From the NCBI GenBank assembly GCA_002269645.1, contig NIVC01000138.1:1-64000 (forward strand): a stretch of DNA of 64,000 nucleotides, in the 5' to 3' direction. The stretch is from Macrostomum lignano (taxonomy: Eukaryota). Each line of letters starts with the position of its first letter. Position 1 is the first letter of the stretch. Below are positions 9,401 to 18,600 of this stretch, piece by piece. The translations under genes and the position numbers were made by a program. The notes under the pieces were generated by a model, which saw only the letters and a program-made list of their open reading frames with translations, searched no databases and was not told the DNA's origin.

Positions 9401-10167
9401 CTATTTTCTCTTAAAAAAGAACTAATATCTTTTATGTATATATAATGTGTTTCATTTTCGCGCTGCATGTACAAAAGATCGATTTGATCTGGTGCTGTTA
9501 TATCAGTTGCTGGCTTAACAAGATAACACCTTTTCTTATACCATTCTGGATCGGTTAAAATTTCTTCTAGATCTTTTGGTTCTTCAATTGTAAACACATT
9601 AATATTTAAACCATTCATTTTTTCAATCTTATATATATCATCTATTGCTACTGGGTATGATATGTTTTTCATTATTATTTCATCCTCATATTGTCTATAA
9701 TTATATATTTTATTAATGTGTGATTCTACTTGATTGTGATATTTATGAATTAATAAACACCATAATAAACATTTATTATCTTTATTGTCTGGATTTATAA
9801 TCATAGGTGATTTAAATTTGAGCTTCATATGTGATCGTCCTTTAAGAATTTCTATAGGTGCAATCTTTACTATTGCTGAATTACAGGATACAAATATAAA
9901 CCCAGATCCGTTTTCTGTCATCTTATCTATCCATTCATCAAACTCAGCTTCTATTTGATCGAATTGATTGTTGTAATTTCCCATTGATAATAATGTTTTA
10001 TATGATTCTTGTGAAAAGTTATTTATTACTTCAATTTCTGAATTTGCATTAAGAATATTTGGTTTTTTAAATTCTGTTTCAACTTCTATTTTATACTTAA
10101 TTGGCTGTCGTTTGTTATTTGGCCTTATAGTATAATTGATTAATATGGTCTTTAATTTATCTTTCAT
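6432..10167 (-). CDS. polB: Protein-primed family B DNA polymerase (pPolB) with terminal-protein/vOTU-like N-terminus; split by frameshifts
   Basis: In order: DNKCLLWC...HYIYIKD, IYADFE, REHCHLTGNYRGAACRSCN, FFHNGSGYDFH, FLDSLRFL, RKGIYPYEY, DVLLLADAFENFR, DPAYCFSAPGL, GIRGG, YLDANNLYG (motif A), KLMNNAFYGKT (B), YADTDS (C), FIAIRSKCY, KGV, LSPFDDKRY. Confidence 0.95.
7130..7157 (+). repeat. Double-hairpin element copy 4 (inside pPolB, after motif C)
   Basis: CGAACC-TTT-GGTTCG/CGGGC-TTT-GCCCG AT (shared CG), direct repeat ATC on both sides. Confidence 0.85.
9130..9159 (+). repeat. Double-hairpin element copy 5 (inside pPolB, start of exonuclease region)
   Basis: CGTCCC-GTA-GGGTCG CATGC-TTT-GCATG AT. 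Confidence 0.85.
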
Positions 10168-10217
10168 TTGTTTAAAATATTCTTTATAATTTGTATTTAT
10201 ATCTATATCTATATATA

Positions 10218-10409
10218 TTACTTCAGCTCCATTTTGTCCTTGTGGTTGGGGTTATCAATATCATTTAATTGTCTTTCTAAACGTATCTCATTTTCTGCCC
10301 TAATTCTTGCTTCTATTTCAGCCCTATCGGCAATTCGTTGTGCTTCGATTTGAGCTATTAATTGTGCTCTAAGTTCAGGGTTGTCGATTTGAGCTAAAAT
10401 TGCTTCCAT
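10218..10409 (-). CDS. Small coiled-coil viral protein
   Basis: AAAATG start; Ala/Glu/Arg-rich helical sequence. Confidence 0.5.
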   Translation of the reverse strand: MEAILAQIDNPELRAQLIAQIEAQRIADRAEIEARIRAENEIRLERQLNDIDNPNHKDKMELK

Positions 10410-10492
10410 TTTATAGAATAAAATTTATATAATGTTTGAATTATTGATTTTTTAATTTTGCGTTTTTGGTGTCCAGACCCTCCCCCAGGAGC

Positions 10493-11485
10493 CTATTCGA
10501 GATCTGCTTTTGGTAACAGTAATCCATTGCCCATAACGTTTGAATTTAAGAAAATTCCTGAACCTGCTTTTGGTCGCATTTCGAGATATAATCCGCTTCC
10601 GTCGTGTTTTTCAATGATGTTAAAATCTTTTCCTAATTTATTAAAAATTTTCTGAACAGCTGGTCTAAAATTGGATCCAATATTGTCAAAAAATCCTTTA
10701 GCTTTCTCACCCGTTTTTTCTAAAGTTTGACCAAATTCATGTAGTTTATCTGCGACAACTCCACTTCCTTGGGTTGTTCCTTTTAGTACCAAACCATTCC
10801 CGTGATTTGTTCCTTGCAAGAGTAAACCTTTTCCGGCTGCTAACCTAGCTTCTGCATTTCTTTTTTGCTCTGCTGTTGCTGAACTACTATTAATGGTATC
10901 AATAAGTTTCTGTTTGAATTGTGCGTCCTGCGTTATTTGCTGTCTTTGAAATTCGGCCTCTCTTTTAGCTTTTTCGTCCGCAGCTTTTTTGTCATTTACT
11001 GCTTTTGCAATTCCAGCTGCTCCGCCAGCAACTCCTCCAGCTGCTCCAATTCCTGCAAAAATTATTGGGAGCAAAGCTGCAAGGGGCAAGATTCCCCCCT
11101 GTTTCGCTCTTAACTCTCCTAGCTGTTTTACATTATCATGAATTCTTTTTCCGGCTAAACCGACTGCTCCAGCTGCGCCAAGTCCTAAAAGAAGCGGTAG
11201 AATGGGTAGTAATCCGCCGTCCTTTTTAGTGTGAGTCTCCATTAAAAATTTCACATCGGAGTCTGTTAACCTATAATTTCTGCCGCGATTCTTAAAGGAT
11301 ATTGGCCTTCCTTCTTGTGCATATTTTGCTGCGAGTTTAAATGTATCGATGTCGTAGTCAAACTTTTTACCTAATCGATCCAATCTTTTTAACATTGTGT
11401 GGGTTTGCTTATTATCATCAAGATTTAAGGTATCTACAATTTCTCCTATAAAATATAACCGGTTTTCATCATTAACTGAGTCCAT
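10493..11485 (-). CDS. Core/cement-like virion precursor with adenovirus pX-like GGxLP motifs and repeated GxG sites
   Basis: GGLLPILPLLLGLGAAG and GGILPLAALLPIIFAGIGAAGGVAGGAAGIAKAV resemble the adenovirus pX GGFLP..IPIIAAAIGA motif; six GxG[LVI] repeats follow. Confidence 0.7.
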   Translation of the reverse strand: MDSVNDENRLYFIGEIVDTLNLDDNKQTHTMLKRLDRLGKKFDYDIDTFKLAAKYAQEGRPISFKNRGRNYRLTDSDVKFLMETHTKKDGGLLPILPLLLGLGAAGAVGLAGKRIHDNVKQLGELRAKQGGILPLAALLPIIFAGIGAAGGVAGGAAGIAKAVNDKKAADEKAKREAEFQRQQITQDAQFKQKLIDTINSSSATAEQKRNAEARLAAGKGLLLQGTNHGNGLVLKGTTQGSGVVADKLHEFGQTLEKTGEKAKGFFDNIGSNFRPAVQKIFNKLGKDFNIIEKHDGSGLYLEMRPKAGSGIFLNSNVMGNGLLLPKADLE

Positions 11486-11495
11486 TTTTATATTG

Positions 11496-11894
11496 TTAAA
11501 ATTTCTTTAATCCTTTTCCACCTTTAATAGTATTTAACATTTTATTAAAATCCTGAATATCTTTATTACTTATTGGTGCGCTTTTCGTGGGGGTTTCTGT
11601 TGGTTGTGCGGCTTGTGCCAGCTTTAAATCTTTTATTGCATTTATTTGTGAGAGGGTGTCGTTAAAATCTCTCAATTTCTTTAGTTCTTCTGCCGCTCTA
11701 GCTGCTTCAATTCCTCCTTTTACAGCATTTGTTATAGAGCCTGCTGCAGAGCCAGCTTGCCCTATAAGCCCCATATTGTCTTTAACAAAATTTGCTGCTG
11801 TTCCAACCAAATCAAAAAGTCCCTCACCTCGGTATTCAATTGGATCTCCTACCTGATACTCATTTATATTTTGCACATGTGTAACGTGTGTCAT
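11496..11894 (-). CDS. Putative virion protein with GEGLFD amphipathic segment and basic C-terminus
   Basis: AAAAATG start at 11894; YRGEGLFDLVGTAANFVK...; ends KGGKGLKKF*. Confidence 0.6.
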   Translation of the reverse strand: MTHVTHVQNINEYQVGDPIEYRGEGLFDLVGTAANFVKDNMGLIGQAGSAAGSITNAVKGGIEAARAAEELKKLRDFNDTLSQINAIKDLKLAQAAQPTETPTKSAPISNKDIQDFNKMLNTIKGGKGLKKF

Positions 11895-12307
11895 TTTTTG
11901 TTCTATTTTTAGTAACAGAAAAAAGAATACGAGAACACACAAAAGAATATTTTTCAACCCAAGATGGTGTATATACTGCATTGAGTCATTTTTTTCTGGA
12001 CGTCCAGAATTTTTCTGGACGATTTGTTAAAAACTTATTCATTGATGGTGGGCACCCCATTTTACTTGTGACGCGCGGAGCCTGTCTTCTTCTTCCTGAG
12101 AGATGAGCTAGAACTGGGTTGATGGCTGTGGTTTTTATAGAGTTGGATGGCTGAGTGGGCGTTCAATTCCTGCTACGGCAAGATTTTGCAAGCTAGCCAA
12201 TAGTGGCTATGAGAGTAATTTTTTGTTGAGTGTTACTATTACCATGACTCAGTTTAAACTCTTTTGTGACCCTTCGCGCCTGCGGCGCGGGCAAGGGGTT
12301 ATAGAGT

Positions 12308-12575
12308 AGTAGTATAGAAAAAGACGCTTCTAGATCAGACCTTATTTTAATGGCCGTTTGTAAGGTCTTAAGAGGGGGGACGCGAGGGGAGTGTTGGGGA
12401 GTGTTTGGAAGTGTTGGGAAGTGATTTTTATTGTTAGGGGTGATTATGGGTGATTAGATGTATTAATGGTGTTTAGATGTGTTTTTTTATTTACCCCCCG
12501 TGTCCCCCCTCTAGACCCTTAAAACGGTCATTAAAAAAGTGCTCTGGGTCTAGAAGCGTCTTTTTCTATACTACT
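12308..12575. repeat. Terminal fold-back: internal inverted copy of the viral terminus
   Basis: 12308-12334 AGTAGTATAGAAAAAGACGCTTCTAGA is the exact reverse complement of 12549-12575; imperfect complementarity continues about 55 nt further inward. Confidence 0.9.
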
Positions 12576-12685
12576 GACAGCCACTAAGACAGACAGACAC
12601 AGACAGACAGGCAGACAGCCACTAAGACAGACAGACAGACAGCCACTAAGACAGACAGACACAGACAGACAGACAGACAGCCACT
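12576..12685. repeat. Imperfect (GACA)n microsatellite with recurring GACAGCCACTA; host flank of the virus
   Basis: Directly visible. Confidence 0.9.
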
Positions 12686-12698
12686 ATAACTAACTCAC

Positions 12699-15600
12699 TT
12701 AGCCAGTTCAGCCTGTGCAGGCGGAGCGGATCTCAACAGCAGGGCCGCTCTCAAGTCGAAATACTCAGCGCAGTTGCAGAGCAGATGCAGACTGGCCTGC
12801 CGCACCCCGGTTACGCTGGAATGCCAATAGGGCAGCGGCAGGCCCTCCAGCAGACTGTGCAGAGTCGGCACCAGTTCCGGACAGTCGGGCGTAGCGACTC
12901 GCTGCAGCAGCAGCTGGCTGAGCGTCTGGCGAACCCGCTGACTGGGACAGGCAACCAGCAGGTCCAGCAGGGCGGATTGGAAGCCCGACAGAGAAACGAC
13001 GTCAGCTGGACGGAAGCCGGGCAAGCCGAACAGGGTGTTGAGAAGGATGGCGCAGGCGGCCTGGCCGACGGGCTCGCGGGTGTCTCTACGGGGGGTGCGA
13101 TTGAAGGGTAATATTGGAATAAGAATCAAGGAATACGAAAACTAAAATTCTGGATTGCTGACACACTAAACTCAGGGATTGCTGACACACTAAATCCTAG
13201 ATTGCTCATGATGGAATGCTCATAATAAGCATTGATACTGATATTTAAGATCTAAATTTCATTAAAAATCATGGAGCATGAATCTGTCAAACCTCAGAGA
13301 CGCGGCGCAGGCCAACAGATGGGCAGCCAATCCGTCTGGAAGGCGCTGCTGCTGAGGATCACAAGCGCTAACAGACTTGGATACCAGGTGGCCAACCAGG
13401 TACAGCTGGCGCGGGGTCAGCCGCTCCGGAGCCAATTGGACCAGCCTGGTCGCGTGCTGCTCGGCGCACTCGGGCATGGAGAACAGGCACTGCAGAGAGT
13501 AGGTTAGCAGCGGCGAATCCGCGGACAGATCGTCTGCCAGCACCGGATCGGGGCAGGTGGGCAGCAGGTCCAGCACTGCGGCGGCTTCGTAGACGCCCTG
13601 GAAATTATTAAAAGGCGTTTTTAATATCCGGGTTTCCCCGACACATTATCGAGATTCCCCTACACATCAGGGGTTCCCCGGCCTATCATCAGGGATTCCC
13701 CTACACATTATCAGGGATTCCCCGGCACATTATCAGGGATTCCCCTACACATTATCAGGGATTCCCCTACACATTATCAGGGATTCCCCGGCACATTATC
13801 AGGGATTCCCCTACACATTATCAGGGATTCCCCGGCACATTATCAGGGATTCCCCGACATCGGGAGTTCCAGACACCTAATAATATCTTATTAATTAAAG
13901 TAATAACAATATATAATAATAATATAATTAAAAATAACCTACCTGTCGTAGGCAGCGCTTCAACAGCGGATAGGTGCGCGAATCGTCGGCCAGCAGATTG
14001 CTGGGCAGCGCCCGTTCGAGAGCGGAACAGGCGTCGCTAGACGGAGACTTGACATCGGCAAGTCTGGCGTGGGCGTCAATCGGCTTGTCTGGCTGGGTCG
14101 GGTCTGGGCGCAGGCCGAGCAGGAACAGAGGCCGCCATTCGTGCACAGCGCCTAGTAGGCGTTCGGTGCCGTCGACTGTTACGGCTAGGCCGACTCTGCG
14201 AGCATCAAGATGGGGAATGTTAACCAGGATTTACAGGTTTGGGATCGGACTTGGCAGGTTTGGAAACACGGGATTGACAGGTTTGGGATCACGGGACTGA
14301 CAGGTTTGGGATCACGGGACTGACAGGTTTGAGATCATGGGACTGACAGGTTTGGGATCATGGGACTGACAGGTTTGGGATCACAGGATTGACAGGTTAG
14401 GGATCAAGGGATTGACAGGTTGGGATCACAGGACTGACAGGTTAGGATCAAGGGATTGACAGGTTGGGATCACAGGACTGACAGGTTTGGAATCACGGTA
14501 TTGACAGGTTTGGGATCACGGTATTGACAGGTTTGGGATCACGGGATTGACAGGTTCGGAAACACGGGATTGACAGGTTTGGGATCACGGGATTGACAGG
14601 TTTGGGATCGCGGGATTCACAGGTTTGGGATCACGGGATTGAAAGGTTTAGGATTGCGTGAGTGACAGGTTTGGGATCACGGGATTGACAGGTTAGGGAT
14701 CAAGGGATTGACAGGTTGGGATCACAGGACTGACAGGTTAGGATCAAGGGATTGACAGGTTGGGATCACAGGACTGACAGGTTTGGAATCACGGTATTGA
14801 CAGGTTTGGGATCACGGTATTGACAGGTTTGGGATCACGGGATTGACAGGTTCGGAAACACGGGATTGACAGGTTTGGGATCACGGGATTGACAGGTTTG
14901 GGATCGCGGGATTCACAGGTTTGGGATCACGGGATTGAAAGGTTTAGGATTGCGTGAGTGACAGGTTTGGGATCACGGGATTGACAGGTTTGAGATCACG
15001 GGATTGACAGGTTTGGGATTCACGGGATTGACAGGTTTGGGATCACGAGATCAAAGGGAAGTGATATTGGGATAAAGCCGACAGGTTGGAGTTCATGAAT
15101 CCAACAGAGAGATATCAAAGCACCTCACCTAGAAGCGGAATCGCAATTAAGCGCAATAGCCAGTTCCTCGCGCAGCTTGCCAAACGTTAGATGACTGTGC
15201 ACAGCCAATTGAAAAGCGGCCCGTTTAGGCCTGTCGCAGTCGACTCTGAGCTGCATCTCCTCGCCGGGATAGGTGGCGCAGTGCAACGGCCTCAATCGTT
15301 TGTGCTGATAGTCAGATTCGGCAGTTTGCAAATAGAATTCTAATAGGCGAAGCACGCCGCTAGTGCCTTTAGAGCCGGAATCGTTCAAATGACCGAAACA
15401 GTCGTTTAAGAATCGTTTGTGCAAATCGTTAGCCGCCGAGCCCGCTTTAAGCCGAATGCTGACGCACCGATAATAACAATCCATTAAGCAGTCGAGTGCC
15501 GCGCGGAACACGGCCGGCCGATCCGAGCGCAGGTACAATGACCACAGATAGGACGAGCCGAATAGTTCGAGTTTTTCAACTGTCAATTTGCGCTCCGAGT

Positions 15601-18600
15601 TAAACGAGGTTGGCTGGACAATGGTCAGATTGCCGGCGGCTTGGTTGATCCGCTCGAAGAAGTATTTGAAGCAGGAAAATCCATTTGGCGTCACCTGGGC
15701 GGAGAGTTTATTGAAATCGATGTGCGCTTATTAGACTACTGATGAAGTATAGTAAGTAGCATATCCAAAATTTCATGAAAGATCTGATAACGGAGAGACC
15801 ATAAATTTCAGGATCGTTTACCCGTTAATTTAAGGATCGTTAATCCGTTAATTTAAGGATCGTTAATCCGTTAATTTAAGGATCGTTAATCCGTTAATTT
15901 AAGGATTGTTAATCCGTTAATTTAAGGATTGTTAATCCGTTAATTTAAGGATCGTTAATCCGTTAATTTAAGGATTGTTAATTCGTTAATTTAAGGATCG
16001 TTAATCCGTTAATTTAAGGATCTTTAATCCGTTAATTTAAGGATCTTTAATCCGTTAATTTAAGGATTGTTAATCCGTTAATTTAAGGATCTTTAATCCG
16101 TTAATTTAAGGATCTTTAATCCGTTAATTTAAGGATTGTTAATCCGTTAATTTAAGGATCTTTAATCCGTTAATTTAAGGATCGTTAATCCGTTAATTTA
16201 AGGATTGTTAATCCGTTAATTTAAGGATCCTTAATCCGTTAATTTAAGGATCGTTAATCCGTTAATTTAAGGATTGTTAATCCGTTAATTTAAGGATCTT
16301 TAATCCGTTAACTTAAGGATTGTTAACCCATTGATCTAAGGATTGTTAACACGTTAATTTAGGGATTTTTAATCCGTTAATTTAGGAATTGTTAATCCGT
16401 TAATTTTGGGATTTTTAATCCAGTAATTAAAAAGATTGTTGATCCGTTAATTAAAATGATTTTTAATCCGTTAATTTCAGGATTGTTAATCCGCTAATTT
16501 AGGGATTGTAAATCCGTTAATTAAAAGGATTGTTACTCCGTTAATTTAGGGATCGTAACTTTTTCAATTTACACCTGTTAATCCATTAATTAAAAAGATT
16601 TCTAATCGGTTAATTAACGAACGGCTCTGCTTACACTTACCTTGGCAATATCCAACTGCAGAAAATGGTTCTCAAACAGTTCCTTCCTAGTCTTATCCTC
16701 CAAGTCATCGAACGATCGAACCAACCAATTAAAGAAGGCATCCCGATCGGTCTCAGTGGAACTGTCGCCCGAGATTAGCGCTGTCCACATCTCTAACACT
16801 CGAATTTTAGTTAAATACAGGTCGGCATTCCTCAGAATGTAGTGTATGAGATCCAAATGTAGTCGCAGATACTCTTCGTGAGTATAATTACCATCTAGAG
16901 ACGAGATGGCGCACAGATGCTGACCAAATTGTTTATAACAATCGCGCTGATGATCTTTAATAGACGTAACCAGCACTAGTACCAGTTCGTGGCCTTGGTT
17001 CCATTCGTTCAATGTATTTTTAGCATCGTTCTTATAGCCGTTAGACAAGGAAGAGCAGAGCTGGTACAGATAGTTAACAGACGGATAGACCAGCTGCTTA
17101 GCTTTGATATTAGCCACACACTTAGTGAGATACTGTCGACGCAGGTTATCCTTTGCGTAGTCTTTCAACAGTGCCAGGTGTTGCTGCAACACGCAATCAA
17201 TCTGCTGCCTACCTAGGCCAGACTCGTGCGCCATCTCCCACAGAATCTGCAGCGCCTTCTCTTTAGCTGCTAAGCCAACTAATTCCACTAGTTTGGACCA
17301 ATTATCCGATCGGCCTTTGGCCGCTTTCCAATCGGCTTGAACCAGTTGCAACAGGTGGCCAAGGGTGTCCTCGGGTAGGCGCGATGCGGCAGCGGCCAGC
17401 ACTGGGAACAGAGCCGGCGACGAGTGCGCCATGTGCCACAGCTTGGTGACGTCACTCACTGACAGCTTGGCCCCGATGAATTCTACAATCTCTTTCACTC
17501 CGTCGCACATTTGCATATTGTCTAGTGAGTGACCGTCGCCCAGAGCCAGGCTGAGAACTTCTTTCTCTTGCATCCATTGGAGCAGCGGCTCCAGGCCGAT
17601 GCTCTGACGCTTCTTAGCCGAGCTGGGGTCCTTAGCCGTGGCCATCATGCAGCCAAGCTCCTTTAGGCCGTTCATTCGACTATTGAACCGGCCGCTTCCT
17701 AGCATAGCTTGCACCAGGTTTGTGCGGGCCTGGATGGGTTGGAGCGAAGGCTTGCTTTGTTATAACAGAATCGCCGGAGATTACAGATTTTGAGCATGAA
17801 CTGCTAAAGCCGTTATCAGAATTAGGATTGAGATTAAAAATGGGACTGACATTTTGGGAATGGAAGGGCTCAAAATAACACAAAGGGTGAGATTTTGATA
17901 TGGAAAGGCTTTAAACTACCACTGAGGGTGAGACTTTGATATGGCAAGGCTTTAAACTACCACTGAGGGGTGGGATTTTGATATGGCAAGGCTTTAAACT
18001 ACCACTGAGGGGTGGGATTTTGATATGGCAAGGCTTTAAACTACCACTGAGGGGTGAGATTTTGATATGGCAAGGCTTTAAACTACCACTGAGGGTGAGA
18101 CTTTGATATGGCAAGGCTTTAAACTACCACTGAGGGGTGAGATTTTGATATGGCAAGGCTTTAAACTACCACTGAGGGTGAGACTTTGATATGGCAAGGC
18201 TTTAAACTACCACTGAGGGTGAGATTTTGATATTGCAAGGTTTCAAACTACCACTGAGGGGTGAGATTTTGATATTGCAAGGCTTCAAACTACCACTGAG
18301 GGGTGAGATTTTGATATTGCAAGGCTTCAAACTAACACTGAAGAGTACCACCAGAAAGCAGTCCCCACCTGATCACACGCGGACACCTCCTTATCCCGGA
18401 AGCGCAGGTACAATAGTCGCACGCCGGACAATAACTGAAATACGCGCAAATCTCGCCGTTTCAAATCGTCCTTGCCCAGGTTGGTGCACATAGTCAATGC
18501 GCGTTCGCAGGCGGCTTTCAAATAATCTTGAAATGTATCCGTGCTAACCTGCTCGGCGCACAGGCCAAACGGGAACAGTGCATAGGCCAGATCGTTAACA

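Larger units (their letters stand above)
1..12575. mobile_element. Maverick/Polinton (adintovirus-like) endogenous dsDNA virus, right-hand part; left end, major capsid and integrase expected outside the window
   Basis: AT-rich, intronless, gene-dense block encoding pPolB, A32-like ATPase, penton-like protein and adenain-like protease. It ends abruptly at ...TTTTTCTATACTACT (AGTAGT-type Polinton terminus), followed by host (GACA)n sequence. Confidence 0.93.

Noticed and set aside
12305-12581. 268-bp terminal unit as an independently inserted MITE
   Set aside because: Flanks (TAGAGT or TTATAG vs GACAGC) do not form a TSD.
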